In this document: piece by piece, positions 54,587 through 63,117 of the stretch
How the letters are laid out: the number at the start of each line of letters is the position of its first letter
Numbering within the stretch: position 1 is the stretch's first letter
Assembly: GCA_050125095.1 (NCBI GenBank)
Contig: JASFEA010000001.1
Coordinates: 1,389-65,388, forward strand
DNA from: a bacterium
Lineage (GTDB): Bacteria; Arandabacterota; Arandabacteria; Arandabacterales; JALGWA01
Direction of reading: 5' to 3'
Length of the DNA stretch: 64,000 bases
Notes under the pieces: generated by a model
Databases searched by the model: none
What the model saw: only the letters and a program-made list of their open reading frames with translations
What the model was told of the DNA's origin: nothing
Translations under genes and position numbers: made by a program

Positions 54587-55555
54587 ATGAGAAGTGCGGC
54601 CAGATATTTCCTGGTCTCGATGGCCCTGGTGGCTGTGATCCTGGCCGGTTGTTCCGAGAACACGACCGCGCCCGGAGGTGACGCTTCAGCCACCCTGCGA
54701 GCCTATCTTGAAGACAATGATCTTGACCTTCCCGACATTCTAACCAGCTGGACAATACTGGCTTCCGAAGTGGAGACGAATCCCGCGGCATACTACATCA
54801 TGGACATCCGTCCTGACACGACGTATGCGAGGGGGCATATCGCCGGAGCCGTCAATTCCACGCTTGGCGATATCCTCGACGACGCGGCCAATAGCGGCGG
54901 CAAGCCCATAGTCGTCGCCTGTCTCACGGGCCAGTCCGCGGGGCATGCGATGTTGGCTCTGCGCTTGAGCGGATACCCCGACGCCAGGATCCTGAAGTGG
55001 GGTATGAGCTCGTGGAATGAGGACTTCGACAAGTGGACGGCCAACACCGCCAGTATCGCGGTGGGTCACTCAAACTGGTCTATGGACGCGACGCCGTCCC
55101 CGGGCACCTATGATTATCCGACGCTGATTACCACCGCCACCGACGGGCCGGGCATTCTGGCCGAGCGCGTGGAGGAAATGCTGTCCGGCGGCTTCAAGGG
55201 TGTAGAACCCGACGACGTTCTCGAATCGCCCGGAGACTACTATATCAACCTCTACTGGGAAGAGGATGACGTCACGACTTTCGGTCACATAGACGGCGCT
55301 TACAGGATACAGCCGCTCAGCCTGGCCGGCGACACGTTCAAGCACTACGACCCGGATGAGACCGTCGTCACGTACTGCTGGACGGGTCAGACCTCGTCAG
55401 TGATCACGGCGTACCTCAATATACTCGGGTACGACGCCAGGAGCCTCAAGTTCGGGGCCAATGCGCTCATATACAGCGAGCTGACCAAGCAGTACTGGGA
55501 AGGCTCAGAGGATTTCGAATACACGGTCTCATCACTGGCCTCGATGGCTGAGTGA
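54587..55555 (+). CDS. Tandem-rhodanese-domain lipoprotein (both domains with active-site Cys)
   Basis: AGGAGG lies 6 nt upstream of ATG 54587. Lipobox ILAGCSE. Domain 1 loop VVACLTGQSAG, domain 2 loop VTYCWTGQTSS. The track ORF extends to 54431. Confidence 0.75.
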   Translation: MRSAARYFLVSMALVAVILAGCSENTTAPGGDASATLRAYLEDNDLDLPDILTSWTILASEVETNPAAYYIMDIRPDTTYARGHIAGAVNSTLGDILDDAANSGGKPIVVACLTGQSAGHAMLALRLSGYPDARILKWGMSSWNEDFDKWTANTASIAVGHSNWSMDATPSPGTYDYPTLITTATDGPGILAERVEEMLSGGFKGVEPDDVLESPGDYYINLYWEEDDVTTFGHIDGAYRIQPLSLAGDTFKHYDPDETVVTYCWTGQTSSVITAYLNILGYDARSLKFGANALIYSELTKQYWEGSEDFEYTVSSLASMAE

Positions 55556-55670
55556 GCGGTTGTTGAGGGCGAGACCAACAGGAACTGTAAGTAAGCGATC
55601 AAGTGATGGTTCATAAGAGAGTGACAGTAGGGCCCGAAGAACTTCGGCTCGTGTCGAAAGGAGAGGGACT

Positions 55671-56714
55671 ATGAGGAAGCCGTGGATCTTGCTGCTGATT
55701 GCAGCGCTGGCTTTACCCGTGGCGGCATCGGGGCAGGGTTGCATGGGGGGTGGATCCGAGGAAGGCGTGAACGTCATAGGGTTCATTCAGCCTCAGTTTG
55801 AGTATCATCCGAATTACGATGACAGCGACCTGTCGGAGCTGACTTTCACATTCCTGAGAGCGAGGCTGGGCGTGACGGGCACTGTTCCCTATGACATCAG
55901 CTACTACTTCGTGATGGAGTTCGGTCCGTTTATGTCGGGCGAGCCGCCGTACATGCTTGACGCGTTCATAACTTATACGCGCCTGCCCTACGCGAATATC
56001 ACGTTGGGGCAATATAAGCAGCCTTTCAGCATGGAGAGGAATATCGCGTGCCATAAGCTGCATACGGTACGACGGGCGAATTTCGTAGAAGCGCTGGCAA
56101 TGGACAGGGACATAGGCCTCATGGCTTTCGGAGAAGTGGCGGAGGGACTCAACTACCACCTGGCATTGATGAACGGCACCGGGAAGAACACGGAAGACGA
56201 CAACAAGGGCAAGGATATTATCGGCCGCGTGACCTATGAGCCGATGGCGTACGTCACACTCGGGGCCGGATTCGTGTCGGGCAACTCCGCGACCGATGTG
56301 GAAGGCGCCGACGACAACACCAAGACGAGATACGGGGCCGATATCGAAGTGCGCTACAGGGACTTTCTTGCTCAGGGCGAGTACATATACGGCAAGGATG
56401 TGGGGGCCTATACGGAAGGCGGAGGCTGCGGCGGCGACCCGGTGGTCAAAGAGGGCTCCATCAAGAGAGACGGCTACTTCATCCTGCTGCTCTACAGGAC
56501 GGAGTATAACCTCGAGCCCGTGGTCAAGTACGAGAGATACAATGCGGACAAAGACGATGCCGAAGACGTGTGGCACGCCTGGACCTTTGGATTCAACTAC
56601 TTCATGAACGACTGGACCAGGATTCAGGCCAATTACATTCGCAGAATAGAGGATTTCGTGCCCGCGCTGAACAACGATGAATTCGTGGTCCAGTTGCAGG
56701 TGGTAATGCAGTAA
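55671..56714 (+). CDS. Anion-selective porin of the OprO/OprP (Porin_O_P) family
   Basis: Signal peptide. LRARLGVTG, LALMNGTGKN and C-terminal ...TRIQANYIRR... match the phosphate/polyphosphate porin family. 16-strand-sized barrel. Confidence 0.65.
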   Translation: MRKPWILLLIAALALPVAASGQGCMGGGSEEGVNVIGFIQPQFEYHPNYDDSDLSELTFTFLRARLGVTGTVPYDISYYFVMEFGPFMSGEPPYMLDAFITYTRLPYANITLGQYKQPFSMERNIACHKLHTVRRANFVEALAMDRDIGLMAFGEVAEGLNYHLALMNGTGKNTEDDNKGKDIIGRVTYEPMAYVTLGAGFVSGNSATDVEGADDNTKTRYGADIEVRYRDFLAQGEYIYGKDVGAYTEGGGCGGDPVVKEGSIKRDGYFILLLYRTEYNLEPVVKYERYNADKDDAEDVWHAWTFGFNYFMNDWTRIQANYIRRIEDFVPALNNDEFVVQLQVVMQ

Positions 56715-56761
56715 GGACGACGTTGTCATGCAGATGATGCCTGAAAGGAAGGAGGTCTGAC

Positions 56762-57628
56762 GTGAAGAAGTTGAGCCGTTACGCGGCGATACTCGTCATG
56801 TCGCTTTTGGTTTCGCAGGCGGCACTTGCCCAGCTCGTGACAGTCGACGAGCTCGCAGAGATGATGGAAAAGGGCGAAGTGGTCGTTGTGTCGGCGAGAT
56901 CGCCCAAGGACTATGAGAAAGTGCATATACCGGGCGCCGTGAATCTCTGGCACAAGGACCTGTATAAAGAGGGCGATATCCAGGCGCTTCTTAAGAGCCC
57001 CGAGGAGATAGCGGAAATACTCGGAAGCCTGGGGATAAGCGCGGATAAGACCATCGTCGTCTATGACAGCGGCAAGGCCAAATTCGCCGGGCGGATTTAC
57101 TGGATTCTCAAATACATGGGCGCACAGGACGTCAATATACTCGACGGCCATATGAAGATGTGGCGGAAGGGGCGCAAGCCGGTCACCAAGGATGTAACGG
57201 AAATTACCGCGGCCGAGTTCGTCCCCGCCCCGGTGAATTCGATTTACGCGTCGATAGATTACGTGAAGTCTCATCTCGGCAAGCCGGATTTCGTGTTGCT
57301 CGACGCCAGAGCCGAGGATGAATACGACGGCAAGAAGGGCGAGACCAAGAGGAAGGGGCATATACCCGGGTCTGTGCGCCTGGATTATGTGGAAGTCCTG
57401 AATGAGGACGGCACCATGAAGTCGAAGGCCGACCTCACCAAGGTCTTCGCCGACGCCGGGATCACACCCGACAAGGATGTTGTCATATATTGCGAGACAA
57501 GCGTGCGCGCGGGAATCGTGTTCCTGGCCCTGGACTCTATACTCGGTTATCCCAAAGTCAGGGTGTACGACGGCGCGCTGTATGAATGGTCCGCCGATGC
57601 CGGCAATGAGGTCGAAGCAAAGAAATAG
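56762..57628 (+). CDS. Periplasmic two-domain rhodanese (thiosulfate sulfurtransferase-like)
   Basis: GTG start. Signal peptide ILVMSLLVSQAALAQ. Inactive N-domain (VVYDSGKAKFAG) plus catalytic C-domain with a 6-residue loop IYCETSVRAG, as in TST/SseA-type enzymes. Confidence 0.8.
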   Translation: MKKLSRYAAILVMSLLVSQAALAQLVTVDELAEMMEKGEVVVVSARSPKDYEKVHIPGAVNLWHKDLYKEGDIQALLKSPEEIAEILGSLGISADKTIVVYDSGKAKFAGRIYWILKYMGAQDVNILDGHMKMWRKGRKPVTKDVTEITAAEFVPAPVNSIYASIDYVKSHLGKPDFVLLDARAEDEYDGKKGETKRKGHIPGSVRLDYVEVLNEDGTMKSKADLTKVFADAGITPDKDVVIYCETSVRAGIVFLALDSILGYPKVRVYDGALYEWSADAGNEVEAKK

Positions 57629-57654
57629 AACGGCCTGGAAGGGAGACAACCTAA

Positions 57655-58014
57655 ATGGGCAAAACGGCAATCACCATCAATGGTGCGGGCGTGCAGAACG
57701 TATTTCCGGCTGTCACCATAGCCGTCTCGGCGGCTGCAAGCGGTGACGAGGTCATTCTCTTCTTCACCCCCGGCGGGGCTCCCGCGATGGTAAAGGGAGC
57801 GCTGGAGAAGCTGAATGAGGAAGCCAAGAATCTGCCGGATCTGATGGAGATGATAGAGGGTCTTAAGATGCTCAATGCCAGATTCCTGGTATGCGAGCTG
57901 GCCTTCGGGGTACACGGATTCGGTGAAGAGGATCTAAGGGAAGGCGCTGAAGTTGTCGGCGCGACCACGTTCGTGGGCGCGGCCGATGGCGCAGGCCTGA
58001 CGCTTTCTTTCTGA
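57655..58014 (+). CDS. DsrE/DsrF-like sulfur-relay protein
   Basis: 119 aa, DsrE fold pattern. TINGAG...VILFFT...ARFLVCELAF with the conserved Cys in the CxxAF context. Confidence 0.7.
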   Translation: MGKTAITINGAGVQNVFPAVTIAVSAAASGDEVILFFTPGGAPAMVKGALEKLNEEAKNLPDLMEMIEGLKMLNARFLVCELAFGVHGFGEEDLREGAEVVGATTFVGAADGAGLTLSF

Positions 58015-58044
58015 AGTGGTCTCTAGTTGTAGGAGGAACGCAGA

Positions 58045-58269
58045 ATGGCGACAGAACAACTCGATTGTCTGGGACTGAAGTGCCCGCAGCCTATACTGAA
58101 AGTCGTGGCGAAGATACCGTCCATGCAGGCGGGCGACATCCTTGAAGTTCTGGCGGACTGCCCGTCCTTCCCGACGGACATGAAGGCCTGGTGCGAGAAG
58201 ACGGGCAAGGTCCTGCTCATGCTCACGACCGACGGGGCAGGCAAGCATACGGCGCAGATCCAGCTATAA
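58045..58269 (+). CDS. TusA-family sulfur carrier protein (second copy)
   Basis: 74 aa. LDCLGLKCPQPILKVVAKI CPxP motif. 30 nt downstream of the DsrE-like gene, the dsrE-tusA pairing known from sulfur-oxidiser hdr loci. Confidence 0.8.
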   Translation: MATEQLDCLGLKCPQPILKVVAKIPSMQAGDILEVLADCPSFPTDMKAWCEKTGKVLLMLTTDGAGKHTAQIQL

Positions 58270-58391
58270 GTTCATTCTGCCGGTTGGCACCGGGGGACAG
58301 GAAGGCGGCGGGATGCGGCTGTGAGAGCATCGACGGGCGCTGTGTCGTCGCCATTTCAGGATCCCGCTGCCCTTGAGAGAGAATTGTTGAT

Positions 58392-58832
58392 ATGAGCGAA
58401 GGTCAGCAAAAAGCGGAGTTCACCCCGAAGATAGTGGGTTTTCTCTGCAACTGGTGCACTTACGCGGCCGCCGATCTCGCCGGTTCGACCAAACTCGAGA
58501 TATCGCCGTCCCTCACCGTGATCCGGGTGATGTGCTCCAGCCGGGTAGACCATAACCTGGTTCTCACGACCTTTTTCCGGGGGGCGGACGGCATTCTGAT
58601 AGCGGGCTGTCATCCCGGTGACTGCCATTACGGCAAGGGCAATTATTACGCTAGACGCAGGTACGCGGTGCTCAAGAGGGTGATGGAGGGGCTGGGGCTG
58701 GAGCCGGAGAGACTCCAATTGTCGTGGGTATCGGCCTCTGAAGGCAATCGCTATGCCGATGTAGTGAACGCATTTTCGGAGAAGATAAAGGCGCTGGGGC
58801 CGAATCCCATAAGCGGCAGGGCGGACTTCTGA
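58392..58832 (+). CDS. MvhD-like (methyl-viologen-reducing hydrogenase delta subunit family) Fe-S protein
   Basis: FLCNWCTYAAADLAG...VMCSSRV...GADGILIAGCHPGDCHY is the MvhD/FlxD signature. Confidence 0.8.
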   Translation: MSEGQQKAEFTPKIVGFLCNWCTYAAADLAGSTKLEISPSLTVIRVMCSSRVDHNLVLTTFFRGADGILIAGCHPGDCHYGKGNYYARRRYAVLKRVMEGLGLEPERLQLSWVSASEGNRYADVVNAFSEKIKALGPNPISGRADF

Positions 58833-58847
58833 CGGAGGATACGCGAG

Positions 58848-60176
58848 ATGCACCATGAGAATGTAGTTGTGGTGGGAGCCGGACTCGCCGGGATGAAGGC
58901 GAGCCTCCTGCTTGCCCAGGCGGGCAAGAAGGTCCATCTCGTTGAGACTCTTCCCCTGATAGGCGGCAAGACCATCAAGAATGAGGAGAGCTTCCCGAAC
59001 CTGGAATGCTCGACATGCCTCGTGGCGCCCATACAGCAGGCCGTGCTTCAGAATCCGGACATAGAAGTCATGACGATGAGCGCTGTGGAGAAGGTAGAGG
59101 GAGACGAGGGCGACTACACCGTGACAGTCAAGAAGTCCGCGAGGTACGTGAAGGTGGCGGACTGTATCGGTTGTGGGATGTGTTATGAGCCGTGCCCCGT
59201 TTCCGTGTCCAACGAATGGGAAGAAAACCTTGGTGAGAGAAAGGCGATTTACGTGCCGTGCCCGGGTTCGCTGCCCAATGTGCCGACCGTGGATCCGGAA
59301 CACTGCCTGAAACTGAGCGGCAAGGGGGAATGCACCGCCTGTGTGGAGGCCTGCATGTTCGGAGCCGTCAATCTGGAGGACAGGGACGAGACAGTCAAAA
59401 TAGAGGCCGGCGCCATGATCGTGTCCACCGGCGCTGGCGTCTTCGACGTTTCGAAGCTCCCCGACCTCGGCTACGGCGAGTATCCCGGGGTCTACACGCC
59501 CTTCGAGTTCGAGAGGCTTTTCGCCTCAAACGGCCCCACGCTCGGGGAACTCAAGTTGCGGGGCACGGAGAACGCGCCCGGGAAGATAGCGATCATCCAC
59601 TGCGTGGGCCGGAAAGAGTGCGGGTACTGCTCGGGCGTATGCTGTATGTATTCTTTCAAGTTCGCGCACTTCCTCAAGAAGAAACTGCCGGAGGCGTCGG
59701 TTTACAATCTGCACTCGGATATCTGCGTGCCCGACAAGACCTATCAGAAGTTCTTCGATGGCGTCAACGGCAAGCATTCGGAGATGATTTACAACTCGTC
59801 GATGGAGAGTCTCAAGGTAACGGGTTCGGGCGACGGCCTGCAGGTCACCTATCTCGACGAGGCCGGCGCGGAGAAGAACCTCGAGGTCGATATGGTCATA
59901 TTGGCCGCCGCCATGGTCCCGGAAGAAGGGACACGGAATCTGGCCGAAGTGCTCGGGATAGACCTGGACGCCGCGGGCTTCTTCAAAGTGCGTGACGACG
60001 ACATAGCCTCGGTGGAGACCTCCAGGAAGGGGATATTCGTTGCCGGCACGGCTGAGGGCCCCAAGGACAGCCAGTCTTCCGTAATACAGGCCGATGCGGC
60101 CGTGGGCAAGGTCCTGGCCTTTCTGGAGTCCTTGAAGCCGCAGCCGGAAGAGGCGGCGGCGGGGGGACAGGGTTGA
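58848..60176 (+). CDS. HdrA/QmoA-like FAD oxidoreductase with one ferredoxin insert (no N-terminal 4-Cys domain)
   Basis: FAD-binding VVVVGAGLAGMKASLLLAQAGKKVHLVE...IGG. Ferredoxin motifs CIGCGMCYEPCP and CTACVEACMFGAV. HdrA-type motif HCVGRKECGYCSGVCCMYSFK. Confidence 0.75.
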   Translation: MHHENVVVVGAGLAGMKASLLLAQAGKKVHLVETLPLIGGKTIKNEESFPNLECSTCLVAPIQQAVLQNPDIEVMTMSAVEKVEGDEGDYTVTVKKSARYVKVADCIGCGMCYEPCPVSVSNEWEENLGERKAIYVPCPGSLPNVPTVDPEHCLKLSGKGECTACVEACMFGAVNLEDRDETVKIEAGAMIVSTGAGVFDVSKLPDLGYGEYPGVYTPFEFERLFASNGPTLGELKLRGTENAPGKIAIIHCVGRKECGYCSGVCCMYSFKFAHFLKKKLPEASVYNLHSDICVPDKTYQKFFDGVNGKHSEMIYNSSMESLKVTGSGDGLQVTYLDEAGAEKNLEVDMVILAAAMVPEEGTRNLAEVLGIDLDAAGFFKVRDDDIASVETSRKGIFVAGTAEGPKDSQSSVIQADAAVGKVLAFLESLKPQPEEAAAGGQG

Positions 60177-60190
60177 TGCAGGAAGCGTCT

Positions 60191-61873
60191 ATGAAAGCGA
60201 AAATCGGAGTATATGTCTGCGAATGCGGGCCCAATATCGGCCAGAGCATTGACATACCGAGGGTTCTCGAGTCGATTCCAGCCCTGGAAGGCTATGAGGA
60301 CGTAGAACTTGTCCCGAAGAGTTACGGCCTGCTCTGCTCTCCGGACGGCAAGGAACACCTGAAGAAGGAAATCCAGGAGAACGGATACACGCATCTTGTC
60401 ATAGCGGCCTGTTCGCCAAGGGACCACGATTCGACCTTCATGGGCATATGCAAGCAGGCCGGACTCAATCCCTATCTCTATAAGATCATAAACATACGCG
60501 AGCACTGCGGCTGGATAATACATGACAAAGACGCGGCAACCGAAAAGGCGATCCAGTACATAAGCGGGGGCATCAGCAGGGTCCTATATCAGTCGGAGCT
60601 CTTCGAGAGGCAGCTTGAGATTACCCCCGACGTGCTCGTCATAGGCGGCGGCGTGGCGGGCATAGAAACGGCGCTCTCGCTCGCCGGCGAGGACAGGAAA
60701 GTCTATCTGGTGGAGAGGGCGGAAGAACTGGGGGGAAGCGCGGCCCGGTTCGCCTCGCTTCTTCCCCGCCAGCAAGGCGGAGCGGACCTGATAAGAAGCA
60801 AAATCGAGGCGGTCGGAGAGAACGAGCATATCCGGGTCCTCCTCAATACCGAGGTCGAGAGCTCGATAGGGTTCCTGGGCAATTTTGAGGTTGTGCTTGC
60901 AGGCAAAAGTGACGGCGAGAAGACAGATATCAAGGTCGGGGCGATAGTGGTGGCCACGGGCTGCCGCATGTCGGACCCGAGGAGCTTCGCGGGCATAGAA
61001 TACGCCGACTCGGATGAGGTCTATACGTCGCCTGAGGTTGAGAAGATGAATACCGGCGGGGCGATTACCCTCCGCTCGGGCGAGAAGCCTGCATCGGTGG
61101 CGCTTGTCCACTGCGTGGGCCGGGGCGAGAAGGGCTACTGCTCACGGGTCTGCTGCAACTACATGATGAAGATCGCCGGCTATTTCAAGAAACAGTCGAA
61201 GGAAACCAAAGTAACTGAGTTCTTCGTTGATATGTGCGTTCCCCACAAGGCCGACCAGAAATTCTTCGACGAATCGGCGCGCCTTGGTATCGATTTCAAG
61301 CGTGTCCGTAAGATCGGACTTTCCGGCACCAGAGTCGAATTCAAGGGGATGGACGGCAAAAAGCAGCAAATGGACTTCGATATGGTTGTCCTGGCTTCGG
61401 CGTTGGAGCCCTCCGAGGGCACGGAGGCGCTGGCAGGGCTTCTGGAGATAGACCTCGATGATAGGGGATTCTACCGGGAGGCGCATCATACCACCGATCC
61501 GGTGGCCACTTCCATCGACGGCATTTTCGTGGCCGGTGCCTCACAGGGCCCCAGGGACATATCCGATTCGATATTGCTGGCCCAGGCCTCGGCGGGGCGA
61601 ATCCGCGCCCAGCTGATACCGGGAGGCAAGATAGTGCCCGAAGTCAAGGTGTCCGAGATCCTCGAAGCCTATTGCACGGGATGCAAGACCTGTCTCGAAG
61701 TGTGCGGTTATGGCGCAATCTACTTCGACGATCAGAAGGGAATATCGGTGGTGAACGAGGCGGTTTGCAGGGGTTGCGGCAATTGCTTCGGCAGTTGCCC
61801 GTCCGGGGCCCTCCGGACGAAGCACTTCACGAACAGCCAGCTCCTGCGGGAGGTAACCGAGGCGCTGAAATAG
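60191..61873 (+). CDS. HdrA-like FAD/Fe-S oxidoreductase (second copy, with N-terminal Cys cluster and C-terminal ferredoxin)
   Basis: KIGVYVCECGPNI...LLCSPDG...IAACSPRD...REHCGW (HdrA N-domain), FAD motif VLVIGGGVAGIETAL, HCVGRGEKGYCSRVCCNYMMK, C-terminal CTGCKTCLEVCG/CRGCGNCFGSCP. The ATG at 60191 is preceded by AGGAAG. The track ORF is from 60173. Confidence 0.8.
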   Translation: MKAKIGVYVCECGPNIGQSIDIPRVLESIPALEGYEDVELVPKSYGLLCSPDGKEHLKKEIQENGYTHLVIAACSPRDHDSTFMGICKQAGLNPYLYKIINIREHCGWIIHDKDAATEKAIQYISGGISRVLYQSELFERQLEITPDVLVIGGGVAGIETALSLAGEDRKVYLVERAEELGGSAARFASLLPRQQGGADLIRSKIEAVGENEHIRVLLNTEVESSIGFLGNFEVVLAGKSDGEKTDIKVGAIVVATGCRMSDPRSFAGIEYADSDEVYTSPEVEKMNTGGAITLRSGEKPASVALVHCVGRGEKGYCSRVCCNYMMKIAGYFKKQSKETKVTEFFVDMCVPHKADQKFFDESARLGIDFKRVRKIGLSGTRVEFKGMDGKKQQMDFDMVVLASALEPSEGTEALAGLLEIDLDDRGFYREAHHTTDPVATSIDGIFVAGASQGPRDISDSILLAQASAGRIRAQLIPGGKIVPEVKVSEILEAYCTGCKTCLEVCGYGAIYFDDQKGISVVNEAVCRGCGNCFGSCPSGALRTKHFTNSQLLREVTEALK

Positions 61874-61950
61874 GTCTGCCCGGGACGCCGCCCGTAAGGG
61901 GAGGGCCGGGCATGGAGATTGAGAGTGGTTAGAGCATTTGGAGAGGCGAT

Positions 61951-63117
61951 TTGATAAGCGATCCTGAAAAGCAAGGTGCCGCCATGAAGGCCGCCGGGGG
62001 GATAGAGGACGCAGTGCGGGGCTTCCTGCGCGAGGCGCTCAAGAGCTCCGCGGCCGATGCCGTGCTCGTGCCTGTGAGGACCCCGGCTGAGGATTCTTAC
62101 GCCTGGATACTGACCAATAATCCCTCGGTTCTGGACAATGCCAGGCCCGCGGCCCCCACGATGCCCGTTCAGGGCGCCAAGGCCCTTAAGAGCCTTACCA
62201 GGAAGGGAGAGGGCAAGGCCAGGATCATAGCCGTCATGAGACCCTGCGAGATCAGAGCGGCCATCGAGCTGTACAAGCTCAACCAGGTGCATCTGGACAA
62301 TATCACCCTCATAAGCTATGACTGTGTCGGAGCTGTCCCTCTTCAGGATTACATAAGTGACCCTGCGGGCAGTGAAAAGCGCTTCGATTCGATGCTCAAG
62401 GCAGGGAAGACGGATGACTCCGCGGTCAAACCCGTATGCAGGATATGCGTCGACTTCTCTCTGGTGGATTCGGACATACATATCGGGCTCATCGGGCAGT
62501 CGGGCGGTTCGGCCCTGCTGGTTCCCAACAGCGAGAAGGGGCAGGCCCTGCTCGAATCCATGGGAATGGCCTGCGGGGAGGACATCTCCGGATGGACCAA
62601 GACCGTAGCCCAGATGAAGGTGGAGAGAGAGGGCGCCAGAGCCAGGGCGCTCGCGGAAATGGGGACGAGGCTTCAGGGCTTCGACGGGCTCAGCGCGACT
62701 TTCGCGGATTGTATCGGTTGCCATAATTGCCAGAGCGTGTGCCCCATCTGTTACTGCAGGCAGTGCTACTTCGACTCCGATGCGTCAAGGCAGGACGCGG
62801 CCTCTATTCTGGATACCGCGATCGAACGCGGCGGCGTAGCTTTCCCGGGCAACAGGGTAATGTTCCATACAGGGAGAATGGCGCATATGAGCCTCTCCTG
62901 CGTTTCATGCGGGCAGTGCTCTGACGCTTGCCCGGTCTCTATTCCGGTAGCCGACATCTTCAGTTATATGGCCGGCCTCACACAGCCGACCTTCGAATAC
63001 ACGGCGGGCAGGAACGACGGCGAGCCGCTTCCTCTCAGGCATTTCAAGGAAAAAGAAGTCGAAAAAGTCCACGAAATCGTCAAGGGCGCCGAGGAAGAGG
63101 AGGTAGCTCATGAGTAG
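61951..63117 (+). CDS. FrhB/FdhB-family (coenzyme F420 hydrogenase/dehydrogenase beta-subunit-like) Fe-S flavoprotein
   Basis: FrhB N-domain followed by the C-domain Cys pattern CIGCHNCQSVCPICYC and CVSCGQCSDACP. Confidence 0.7.
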   Translation: MISDPEKQGAAMKAAGGIEDAVRGFLREALKSSAADAVLVPVRTPAEDSYAWILTNNPSVLDNARPAAPTMPVQGAKALKSLTRKGEGKARIIAVMRPCEIRAAIELYKLNQVHLDNITLISYDCVGAVPLQDYISDPAGSEKRFDSMLKAGKTDDSAVKPVCRICVDFSLVDSDIHIGLIGQSGGSALLVPNSEKGQALLESMGMACGEDISGWTKTVAQMKVEREGARARALAEMGTRLQGFDGLSATFADCIGCHNCQSVCPICYCRQCYFDSDASRQDAASILDTAIERGGVAFPGNRVMFHTGRMAHMSLSCVSCGQCSDACPVSIPVADIFSYMAGLTQPTFEYTAGRNDGEPLPLRHFKEKEVEKVHEIVKGAEEEEVAHE

